Numbered from the stretch's first letter, positions 16,245-24,935 are shown. The stretch is 64,000 bases of DNA from Candidatus Komeilibacteria bacterium RIFOXYD1_FULL_37_29 (GCA_001818495.1 MHKS01000005.1:466584-530583); one strand, 5' to 3'. A program made the numbers and translations. The notes: a model not told the origin generated them from the letters alone.

Positions 16245-17744
16245 TTATTTACCTATTTTAAAAATGCTCATTTTCTCTAGGGCTTTATCCGTTAACTTTA
16301 ACCTCATTTGACTTCGGGCATAAAGAGTAAAGAGTCTTTCGCCTTTTTTAACATGATCATTATATTCTTTATTGAGATAAATACCCGCCAATTTATCCTT
16401 TGGTGCGCCCAAAATTCTAGCAATAGTATTTATAGCTTTATTATCGGTAAAAGTAATACATCCTGACTTACTGGCATTGTAATATTTCTTGTGAGCCCCC
16501 AAAACAATATCATTGGGATCAATATCGAACTTACCACCTTGAGCTTTAATAATCTCCTGCATTTTCTTCCAGGCGGCTCCAGACTCCAAAGCTTTCCAAG
16601 CCATGGTAGCACCATGACCTTTTTTGGCCTTACCGCAAAGTTCTAATAGCTCACCAGCCAAATGAATAGACTTATTAGCTAGATCAGCTGGGTAGTTGTC
16701 TTTTTGTTGGAGTACTCTTAAAACATCTCTGGCTTCCAAGGCCGGACCAACACCCATACCAACAGGGTCTTCGGTCTGAACCATGATGACTTTCATTTTT
16801 ATATTAAATTTTTTGCCAATATACTTAAATTTTCTGGCCAGTTCTTTGGCAATTTTCATGTTAGGTATTTTGGTAGTTTTACCAACGGGCATATCAATAA
16901 TCAAATGAGTCACTCCGGTCGCTACTTTTTTGGCCATAATAGAAACTAACATTTTATCATAGGGCTCTAAAGATAATGGATAAGAGACCTGTAAAATCTT
17001 ATCGTCGGCTGGCGCTAGATTTAATCCACCACCCCAGACTAAACAGCCACCAGCTTTTTTGACTATTTTTTTTATTTCAGGGGCGCTAAAAGATACGGGT
17101 GCCAATACCTCCATGGTGTCAGCTGTTCCGGCTGGTGAAGTAATAGCCCGAGAAGATGTTTTGGGTATAATCAGTCCCAAACTAGCCAAGATGGGAATGA
17201 CCACCATGGTAGTGCGATTACCAGCTAAACCACCAACAGAATGTTTATCTACTACTATCTTATTGGAAAATTTTAACATCTCACCGGTTTCGGCCATAGC
17301 CTTGGTCATAAAATAAAGTTCTTGATCGCTATAATCATGAATAAAACTAGAAGCTACAAAGTAAGTTGTTTCGGTACGAGTCAATATACCATTGGCAATG
17401 TCGGAAAATATTTGATAAAAATCTTTATACTTTAATTTTTTACCGAGCAGACGATTTTTAATAGCTACAATAGATTGGGCTCTTTCTAAAAACTCAATCT
17501 CTACTATAGTATTGGGCAATATACTAGTTGCTTCCCAAATGTCCTTATAAAGCCCAATTTGGCCCCTCTGGACCCTACTTTGACTAGTATTGGCTTCAGC
17601 AATCACTGATTGGTCTTGCCAGCTTATTTTGATCTTATCCCCGGCTTTAATGCCGTACTGAATAGCTTCATCTACATTTAGCAAAGCAATGTTGGATTGC
17701 CCTGTTTTTATATCTAATTTTTTTATTTTCAAATAATATGGCAT
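16245..17744 (-). CDS. AMP/thymidine phosphorylase family enzyme of the archaeal-type AMP phosphorylase kind (about 500 aa, with an N-terminal extension).
   Basis: KHSVGGLAGNRTT fits the KHSTGG phosphate-binding motif. The pyrimidine-nucleoside phosphorylase core is recognisable. Length is 499 aa. Confidence 0.75.
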   Translation of the reverse strand: MPYYLKIKKLDIKTGQSNIALLNVDEAIQYGIKAGDKIKISWQDQSVIAEANTSQSRVQRGQIGLYKDIWEATSILPNTIVEIEFLERAQSIVAIKNRLLGKKLKYKDFYQIFSDIANGILTRTETTYFVASSFIHDYSDQELYFMTKAMAETGEMLKFSNKIVVDKHSVGGLAGNRTTMVVIPILASLGLIIPKTSSRAITSPAGTADTMEVLAPVSFSAPEIKKIVKKAGGCLVWGGGLNLAPADDKILQVSYPLSLEPYDKMLVSIMAKKVATGVTHLIIDMPVGKTTKIPNMKIAKELARKFKYIGKKFNIKMKVIMVQTEDPVGMGVGPALEARDVLRVLQQKDNYPADLANKSIHLAGELLELCGKAKKGHGATMAWKALESGAAWKKMQEIIKAQGGKFDIDPNDIVLGAHKKYYNASKSGCITFTDNKAINTIARILGAPKDKLAGIYLNKEYNDHVKKGERLFTLYARSQMRLKLTDKALEKMSIFKIGK

Positions 17745-17748
17745 AAGT

Positions 17749-19440
17749 TTAAAATTTTACAATTTCTCCTGGGTTTAATTTTTTTCCGTTATTTTTTGGC
17801 TGAACATTTTCAGATGATTGGGATTTTGTTTTCGCCATTGGCGGTTCTTTGGTGATTACTTTACGTCCTTTTAAAGCTTCGGCCAAAGAAGTAAATTCTT
17901 CTTCTCGACCATCATCAGATATTATTTTAATACTGGATGGTGGCGGTACTTTACCAGCTCTAGACAAATCTAAACATTCCCGACAATAGATTGGTTTGGT
18001 GGGATCTGGATCAAAATTTATCTTAGTTTTTTTACCACAAAGATCACAAACAGCGTCATGGCTAATACCTGTTTCTTTTTTCTTCCTATTTTTCTGGTCA
18101 GAATTATTTTTGCCAGTGAGAGTAGCCGTGGCTTTAGTTTTATTGGTCTCTTCCACACCACGATTTTCTGACCAACGAATAATTTTGTCCTCAATCACTT
18201 CTCGTGGCCGGGCGTATCTTTCTCTGGTCACAGAGATTATTTTATCTTTGGTGTCCAAATTTTCTTCAGCTAGTGACACCGGCGGCAGAGTCCGTGCAGA
18301 AAAAGCCTCGGAAGTAACTCCGTCAATCATTAATTTTATATAAATTTCAAATTTAGACAAATTAACCAGATCTTCTTGCGTAAAAGTTGGAAAAAATTCT
18401 TTTTCCAAAAACTCGGCATCAGCCGCCCCAACTCTAAAAACAACCAAGGTGCCGACATTACCAAAGACAGCGGCTTGGACATTTTCCTCTACCTGCTCAA
18501 TATACTGATGGGCAATGATTAGATTTAAACGGTATTTTCTGGCTTCAGATAGAATATTCGCAAAAGATTCTGTGGCAAAATTTTGAAATTCATCGACATA
18601 GAGATAAAAATCTTTTCTTTCTTCTTCTGGTGTATCCACTCTACTCATGGCGGCCAGTTGAATCTTGGTAATCATCATAGCCCCCAAAAGAGCCGAATTG
18701 TCTTCTCCGACGCGTCCTTTAGAAAGATTCAAGAGCAATATTTTCTGGCTATCCATGATGTCACGCATAGAAAAAGATGATCTAACCTGACCTAAGATAT
18801 TTCTAATTAGGGCTGAGGAAAGAAAACGACCGACTTTATTTTGAATCGGAGCAATGGCTTCAGCCTGGAATCTATCTGGATATTTACTATATTCTTCTAA
18901 CCAAAAAGCTTTGACCACTGGATCAGATAATTTTTCTACTACTTTTTTTCTAAAAGCTTTATCGGTCAACATACGCATAATGCCCAGTAAAGTAGAGCCA
19001 GGATACTCTAGTAGCGCTGAAATAGCATGATGGAGCACATATTCTAGTCTTGGTCCCCAAGAATCTGCCCAAATTTTTTGGAAGACTCCAATTAGACCAG
19101 AAACTACCAAATGTCTTTGTCCAGCATCGACTTGTTCCAAAACATTAAAACCAATTGGAAAATCCAAATCAGCCGGATTAAAATATATCACATCATTAAT
19201 GCGATGTTTTGGTACAAAATTTATGACCTTTTCCACTAGGTCACCATGCGGATCAACTACACAAACTCCTTTACCGTCTTGGATATCTTGAATAATCATA
19301 TTTTCCAAGACAGTAGATTTGCCCATACCAGTTTTACCAATAAAATACATGTGGCGACGGCGGTCGTCAGTTTTTATCCCAAACTTAACATTGGAATTTC
19401 TAAAGTTTGTTTCAGCAAAAATTGTAATGCGGTTATCCAT
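17749..19440 (-). CDS. VirB4/VirD4 (FtsK-HerA) superfamily P-loop ATPase. This is the stand-alone ATPase half of a split module and carries a C-terminal Zn-ribbon tail.
   Basis: Walker A is HMYFIGKTGMGKST, followed by VVDPHGDL. Walker B is FYLYVDEFQ. The C-terminus has CDLCGKK...CREC. It is a paralog of the C-terminal half of 32753-35206. Confidence 0.75.
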   Translation of the reverse strand: MDNRITIFAETNFRNSNVKFGIKTDDRRRHMYFIGKTGMGKSTVLENMIIQDIQDGKGVCVVDPHGDLVEKVINFVPKHRINDVIYFNPADLDFPIGFNVLEQVDAGQRHLVVSGLIGVFQKIWADSWGPRLEYVLHHAISALLEYPGSTLLGIMRMLTDKAFRKKVVEKLSDPVVKAFWLEEYSKYPDRFQAEAIAPIQNKVGRFLSSALIRNILGQVRSSFSMRDIMDSQKILLLNLSKGRVGEDNSALLGAMMITKIQLAAMSRVDTPEEERKDFYLYVDEFQNFATESFANILSEARKYRLNLIIAHQYIEQVEENVQAAVFGNVGTLVVFRVGAADAEFLEKEFFPTFTQEDLVNLSKFEIYIKLMIDGVTSEAFSARTLPPVSLAEENLDTKDKIISVTRERYARPREVIEDKIIRWSENRGVEETNKTKATATLTGKNNSDQKNRKKKETGISHDAVCDLCGKKTKINFDPDPTKPIYCRECLDLSRAGKVPPPSSIKIISDDGREEEFTSLAEALKGRKVITKEPPMAKTKSQSSENVQPKNNGKKLNPGEIVKF

Positions 19441-19442
19441 AT

Positions 19443-20933
19443 TTAAGCAGTTGGTAAATTAGGTGGGGCTTGGTTTTTATTTTTTGGCTTGGGCATGGTA
19501 TGAGCACCTTTTTTGGCGAAGCGTTCTTCAAAATGTTTGTTGGCCAAATCTACACTAAAACTAGGAGCCAGTAATTGCTTTCTAAGGTCCTCGGTGATTT
19601 GGCCCTTGTCTAAATCCATGCCTCTGGAAACAGGTAAAGAAAATGGTGGCTCAGATTTTTTACTTTCAGTCCGTTGTAGTAATGGTGCTTTAACAAATTT
19701 ACTTGGGAAGTGCCAAACAGTCGCCAATTCTTCTGTGTTTAAAATATAATACCCATGCCCTCTAGTGCCACTACGAGCCTTATAACCACGCATTAAGTTT
19801 ATTCTGCGCATAGCTACTCTGCTCTTAATGAAGAAATAATCAATCTTAGTCTTAGTTTTTTTATCTGGTTTAAAGGAATTTAAATCCATAGTGTTAAATT
19901 GTTTGATAGAACCAAAAACAGAAGAAATAACTCGAGAAGCGGAATACTTATCATTGGGCGAGATATAAATCAAACGCATTTTACACTCAAAACCGGTTTT
20001 GCCAGTTTTTCTCTCAATGGCCTCAATGGCTCCTTTCTCGCCAGGGGTTAAATGAAGCATCATAGACGGCAAAACATCTTTTTTACCGCTAGAAGTTCCC
20101 CCCTTTAAATCTTGTGGCCAAATCATCGGTTCACCGGTGGATAGAAAAAATAAACTAGTCATTGGGTCAATCAGTCTATTAAGCCATCCCTTTTTATCGG
20201 AAAACTTTTTACCAGCTATTTTATAAACCTCTCTTAAACCCCTTTTAGGCCAGTCAAAACCAGTTGGTCTTACTATAATTTGAATCCACACCTGTTCCCC
20301 AACTTGAATCTTACTCATGGTTTCGAGTAGTGATGATATGGGGTCTTTAAATTCTCCGGAAACATTGTCTTCAAATTCTGTATAAGTCCGAATAGGATAA
20401 ACATCTTTTTTATCCAAGATAACTTCGGTACCCCAAATATTATGAGTATCATTGGGATAATCATCCGGCACAGCCCCCACATAATCCTCTACTTCGGTAA
20501 TTTCAGCATCAGGATATTGTGAATAAATAGAACTTTCTATTAAATCACGATATTGGCTAGGGGTACGAATTAAAAATTGGACATAACCATCAATGCTGAC
20601 AATTTCAAAAGAGAAGCTAAGCTGAAAACGACCCTCTACATATATTTCTCTTAAATTAAGCGGATCATGCGCTCCAGAAATAGTAGAGAAAAGCTGTTCT
20701 ACGGCCTTAGGTGTTTGTTCGGTGTCTTTGGGGACATCAATGGCTAAAATCACGAATTTATTGGTATTAAACCATTTAATACTCTGCTTCATATGCCAAA
20801 TAGCAAAAAAACCCCGGACAATGATATAAAAATATATAATCCAGCCACCGTTTTTAAAAAAATACCAAGCTATGGCTCCGAAGCCTTGATTCATAGCCGC
20901 GTACAATGATGATAAATCTAAAGTTATTTCCAT
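19443..20933 (-). CDS. Membrane-anchored protein homologous to the N-terminal domain of the fused ATPase at 32753-35206. It is the N-terminal half of the split module.
   Basis: One N-terminal TM helix. FSFEIVSIDGYVQFLIRTPSQYRDLIESSIYSQYP aligns with FSAEIVSDGGFINFYIATPTNYRDFLIQQLQAVYP in the fused paralog. The gap to the ATPase gene is 2 nt. Confidence 0.6.
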   Translation of the reverse strand: MEITLDLSSLYAAMNQGFGAIAWYFFKNGGWIIYFYIIVRGFFAIWHMKQSIKWFNTNKFVILAIDVPKDTEQTPKAVEQLFSTISGAHDPLNLREIYVEGRFQLSFSFEIVSIDGYVQFLIRTPSQYRDLIESSIYSQYPDAEITEVEDYVGAVPDDYPNDTHNIWGTEVILDKKDVYPIRTYTEFEDNVSGEFKDPISSLLETMSKIQVGEQVWIQIIVRPTGFDWPKRGLREVYKIAGKKFSDKKGWLNRLIDPMTSLFFLSTGEPMIWPQDLKGGTSSGKKDVLPSMMLHLTPGEKGAIEAIERKTGKTGFECKMRLIYISPNDKYSASRVISSVFGSIKQFNTMDLNSFKPDKKTKTKIDYFFIKSRVAMRRINLMRGYKARSGTRGHGYYILNTEELATVWHFPSKFVKAPLLQRTESKKSEPPFSLPVSRGMDLDKGQITEDLRKQLLAPSFSVDLANKHFEERFAKKGAHTMPKPKNKNQAPPNLPTA

Positions 20934-20944
20934 AATGTAATTAT

Positions 20945-20953
20945 ATTATACCA
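20945..20953 (-). promoter_or_regulatory. Extended -10 promoter TGgTATAAT placed for a near-leaderless transcript of the split VirB4-like operon.
   Basis: The minus strand reads GAGAAAATGGTATAATATAATTACATT-ATG. The -10 element ends 11 nt before the ATG. Confidence 0.4.
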
Positions 20954-20981
20954 TTTTCTCAGTTTTTTTAAAGCTTATCTA

Positions 20982-21035
20982 AAAAGAAAAAAACCTCCCG
21001 ATCTGCATTAAAAACAGATTGTAGCAAAGGAAGGT
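20982..21035 (-). terminator. Terminator after the sigma-r4 domain gene.
   Basis: Minus-strand hairpin CCTTCC...ATCTG-TTTTTAATG-CAGAT...GGGAGG followed by TTTTTTTCTTTTT. Confidence 0.4.
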
Positions 21036-21049
21036 TTTTTTAAAATTAT

Positions 21050-22153
21050 TTATTCAGTTTTTAATGAATATCTGCCTTTTTCGTCCTTAGTAAAACGGTC
21101 TTTATTCATCAAAGCTAGAGTAATGGTAGTTTCTTTAATTAAACGTTTTTCTAATACGGCCTTGATGATTTCTTTCTTGGTTAACGGTTTGTCACTTTCT
21201 TTCAAAATATCAGCAATCACATCAGCCACTACGCCTGGCTTATAACCCCATTCTTTTAGAGCATAAATACCGCGACCAACCAAAACATATTTTTCATCCA
21301 AGATTAATTCGTTGTGAATAGTAGCTGGATAAGCCTGACGATGATCAAAAGCCATTTCATTTATAGTCTTGGCAATTTCCGTAAAATGCATCGGTTTGTC
21401 ATTTTTCTTGAGTACCAAATAGATCTTGTCATTCATACGACGAGGTGTAATATTTGCCCACTCAATCAATCCCCACTCATCATAAGGATTAGATTTTAAT
21501 TTTTTAGTAACTGTAATGAAGTTTACTACTACTTTATCAGTCAAATCATCATTTTGTTTGTAAAAATCAGTTTCTTTGATTTTATTCATTAATTCTTCCA
21601 AAATAAGCGCTTGACCATGGTTATCAATTAATTCACAAATATTACCAACGGTTTCATGAAATAAATCTACTTTAGCTTCCGGCGTTTTCCAAAATCCACT
21701 ATGCTGTTTTGATTCTTTAACAAAGTAAAAACGATGATTTAATAGTTGGTTTAAAATAAATCTAATAGCTGCTTTATTTTCTTCGGAAGTTCCGGGGATA
21801 GATAAAAGCTCATTGGTCAAATTGTCTTCAGACATCAAACCACCATGCTCGGAAAGAGTAGTGTTGGCGATCTCTTCAATCTCTTTTAAGATGGTCTGAT
21901 TGAAATTTTTGTTGATCTTCTTAAGAGAAGTATTTTCAATTTGTCTAATTCTTTCTCTGGTGACATTGTATTTTTTACCAATATCTTCTAGGGTTTTTTT
22001 CTCAGAACCAGACAAACCGTGACGCATTTTTATAATTTCTTGCTCACGTTCTGATAAAGCCGTCAAAATATTAACCAAAGTTTGATGGGGATCAAAATCA
22101 GAAAGTTTTGACAAATGTTTTGATGTAATGACTTGGTCTAAAATTCCAGACAT
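21050..22153 (-). CDS. Protein with an N-terminal sigma-70 region-4 HTH and an uncharacterised C-terminal domain of about 270 aa.
   Basis: LSEREQEIIKMRHGL...KTLEDIGKKYNVTRERIRQIENTSLKKI matches sigma-70 region 4.2. I recognise no sigma region 2 or 3. Confidence 0.55.
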   Translation of the reverse strand: MSGILDQVITSKHLSKLSDFDPHQTLVNILTALSEREQEIIKMRHGLSGSEKKTLEDIGKKYNVTRERIRQIENTSLKKINKNFNQTILKEIEEIANTTLSEHGGLMSEDNLTNELLSIPGTSEENKAAIRFILNQLLNHRFYFVKESKQHSGFWKTPEAKVDLFHETVGNICELIDNHGQALILEELMNKIKETDFYKQNDDLTDKVVVNFITVTKKLKSNPYDEWGLIEWANITPRRMNDKIYLVLKKNDKPMHFTEIAKTINEMAFDHRQAYPATIHNELILDEKYVLVGRGIYALKEWGYKPGVVADVIADILKESDKPLTKKEIIKAVLEKRLIKETTITLALMNKDRFTKDEKGRYSLKTE

Positions 22154-22236
22154 ATTCTTTCTTTACAATTTATCTGATTTTATTTCTAATAATAAAATTC
22201 CCCTATAAAGTAACACATTTTTTATAATTAGTCAAG

Positions 22237-22266
22237 ACCCGTAGCTAAAAAACCGCGGGTCTTAAT
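22237..22266 (-). terminator. Hairpin downstream of secF, a putative terminator.
   Basis: aagacccg-N14-cgggtctt forms an 8-bp GC-rich stem. No clean T-tract follows. Confidence 0.35.
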
Positions 22267-22296
22267 ATAGGAGCTAAAATTAGCTTAAAAATGCTA

Positions 22297-23202
22297 TTAT
22301 TCCTTTTTCTTGTTCCAAATTACCAAAAGTGGTGAAGCTAAAAAAATGGAAGAATAAGTACCGACAATAACGCCCAGTATAAGTGCTAAAGCAAAGTTTT
22401 GGATGCTCTTTCCCCCAAAAAAATAGACTGCCAAGAGGGCTAGCAAGGTCGTAAAAGAGGTATTAATGGATCTAATGATTGTTTGATTGATACTATTATT
22501 GACAATTTCCTTAAAATCTTGGTCTTGATTTCTAAACAGATTTTCCCTGATTCTGTCAAATGTGACAATAGTATCATGAACAGAAAACCCTAATATAGTA
22601 AGCAAAGCCGTCACAAAAAGTATATCTACTTCTACATTCATAAAATGCCCTAAAATAGAAAATACACCAATCACTAATAAAATATCATGAACCAAAGCAA
22701 CAATAGCAGCTAGACCGTACTTCCAAGAAGCCACTGGCTTAGAAACCTTACGAAAAGCATAAGCAATATATAAAATAATAAAAATCAATACTATAACTAT
22801 GGCCTGTAAAGCTTTGGTTTTCAATTCTTGTCCAATAATGGGTCCAACGGCTTCAAAGCGTAATTCTGATAAAGTATTATCATCAACACCGGCTATTTCT
22901 ATGGCTTCCAAGCTGGTTAATATATTTTGATGGGTAGTTTCCTCTATTTCTTCAAAACGTAAAATATAATCTTTTTCTCCACTTGGTTGCAACCTAACAT
23001 TGGCCAAATCTAAGCCGGTTAAAGCTTCTTGAACAGCAATCATAGTTGGTCGCTCTTTGGAATAAGACACTTCTAAAATACTACCACCGGTAAAATCAAT
23101 ACCAAATTTTAGTCCCCATATAAACAATGAAACTATAGCCATCAAAACCAAAAGTCCAGATGAAATAAACCAAATTTTTCTTTGTCCAATAACATTCAAC
23201 AT
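22297..23202 (-). CDS. secF: Protein-export membrane protein SecF.
   Basis: FGIDFTGGSILEV is the SecF signature. The protein has six TM helices and is 301 aa long. Confidence 0.9.
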   Translation of the reverse strand: MLNVIGQRKIWFISSGLLVLMAIVSLFIWGLKFGIDFTGGSILEVSYSKERPTMIAVQEALTGLDLANVRLQPSGEKDYILRFEEIEETTHQNILTSLEAIEIAGVDDNTLSELRFEAVGPIIGQELKTKALQAIVIVLIFIILYIAYAFRKVSKPVASWKYGLAAIVALVHDILLVIGVFSILGHFMNVEVDILFVTALLTILGFSVHDTIVTFDRIRENLFRNQDQDFKEIVNNSINQTIIRSINTSFTTLLALLAVYFFGGKSIQNFALALILGVIVGTYSSIFLASPLLVIWNKKKE

Positions 23203-23206
23203 AATT

Positions 23207-24877
23207 TTATTCTTTTACATTAACTCTTTTTACTCCAAATAAGGCCAATTTGCCTTCTAATTTTTTGTTTACTATTATTCTCAAAAATGTTCTAGTGACA
23301 GTAATAGCAGAAAACATGGATACCAGGATACCAATGCCCAAAGTAATAGCAAAACCTTTGATAATAGAAGTACCAAACCAAGCCAAAATTATACAAGTAA
23401 TAATTGAAGAGATGTTTGAATCTTTAATAGATGGCCAAGCTCTGGTAAAGCCATTTTCTATGGCGGTATTTAGGCTTTTACCTTCGCGCAATTCTTCTTT
23501 GGTACGCTCAAAAATGAGAACATTGGCATCTACCGCCATACCAATAGACAATATAAATCCAGCTACACCAGCCAAAGTCATAGTAACAGGAATAATCTCA
23601 AAAATCGCCAAGGTTAAAGCAGCATAAATAGCCAGAGCAACAACTGCTAAAAGCCCTGGCAACCTATAGAAAATTAACATAAACAAAGCGGCAGCAATAA
23701 AGCCAATTATACCAGCCAAAAGGCTTTGACCAAGAGATTCTTCTCCTAGACTAGCCCCGACTGTACTTTGGCTAATCAGTTCAATTGGCACTGGCAAAGC
23801 ACCTAAATTAAGATTTTTTACCAATTCTTTGGCTTCCAAAATACTAAAATTACCAGTAATTTGTGCTTGTCCATCTTTAATTGGTTCATTTACTACTGGA
23901 CTAGAAATCAATACTCCATCTAAAAATATAGCAATAGGCTTACCGACATTGTCTGTAGTCAACTCTCCAAAAAGATCACGACCCTTATCATTAAAGGATA
24001 ACAATACTAAAGGGGCCTGAGTATTTTGCTCAAAAGAAAGTTGAGCTTTAGCTATATCGCGACCACTTAAACCGGATTCTTCCCAAATAATATTTTCTAA
24101 ATCCGCATCTGTTTTTTGAAAAAGAATATGGGCTGAGTGTACTTCCAATTCTCCCTGATCATTCAATTTTTGATCTATTCTCTTTATAATATGATAGCCA
24201 AATTGTGATTCAATCAGCTCTTTAGAAATCTGTCCATCTTTTAAATCTTCAAAAATAGCTTTATCAAATTCCGGAACAAACAGTCCTTTTGTTACATAAC
24301 CCAAATCTCCGCCATTTATAGCTGATCCTGGGTCTTCACTATATTCTTTAGCTAAAGTAGAAAAATCTTCTCCCAGCAAAGCTCTATCCAAAACTTTCTG
24401 AGCATTAGCTTTTATTTCATTTTGCGCTTCGGTCACATTTTGCTCAGAAAGTTTTGCCTCTCCCTGTGTTTTAAATTCCAAATGAGGAGTCTTATCAATA
24501 ATAGCTATAGCTTCGTTGGCATCTTTAATTCCGGCTAATTCTACAATAATGCGATAATTATCACCACTAAAATTGGTCTGTACTACTGGCTCGGAAACAC
24601 CATAAGCGTTAACTCGTCTTTCAATAACATCTCGCAAAGCTTCCACGCCATCTCTTTTCTCTAATCCTTCTAAAGCTGAGACATCGGCTTGGTAGACCAA
24701 ATGTGTTCCTCCCTGAAGATCCAGACCCAAATGAACTTTAAACTTTCCAAACCAGCCGGGAGCGCTTGGCCAGACAATCAAACCGGCAAAAATAGCCAAC
24801 AAAAAAATCGCTAAAAATACGCTTCTAACTCTGGTGCTTGTCACTTGTTTATGTGATGTTTCGCTGTATTTATTCAT
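23207..24877 (-). CDS. secD: Protein-export membrane protein SecD carrying a parvulin-type PPIase domain inserted in its periplasmic P1 region.
   Basis: LGLDLQGGTHLVYQ is SecD and the C-terminal TM bundle is present. An embedded GEDFSTLAKEYSEDPGSAINGGDLGYVTKGLFVPEFDKAIFEDLKDGQISKELIESQFGYHIIK is a parvulin signature. Confidence 0.88.
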   Translation of the reverse strand: MNKYSETSHKQVTSTRVRSVFLAIFLLAIFAGLIVWPSAPGWFGKFKVHLGLDLQGGTHLVYQADVSALEGLEKRDGVEALRDVIERRVNAYGVSEPVVQTNFSGDNYRIIVELAGIKDANEAIAIIDKTPHLEFKTQGEAKLSEQNVTEAQNEIKANAQKVLDRALLGEDFSTLAKEYSEDPGSAINGGDLGYVTKGLFVPEFDKAIFEDLKDGQISKELIESQFGYHIIKRIDQKLNDQGELEVHSAHILFQKTDADLENIIWEESGLSGRDIAKAQLSFEQNTQAPLVLLSFNDKGRDLFGELTTDNVGKPIAIFLDGVLISSPVVNEPIKDGQAQITGNFSILEAKELVKNLNLGALPVPIELISQSTVGASLGEESLGQSLLAGIIGFIAAALFMLIFYRLPGLLAVVALAIYAALTLAIFEIIPVTMTLAGVAGFILSIGMAVDANVLIFERTKEELREGKSLNTAIENGFTRAWPSIKDSNISSIITCIILAWFGTSIIKGFAITLGIGILVSMFSAITVTRTFLRIIVNKKLEGKLALFGVKRVNVKE

Positions 24878-24935
24878 ATATTATTTATAATAAACAGTGA
24901 CCGTATTTTAGCATATTTAATTATTTTGACAAGTC

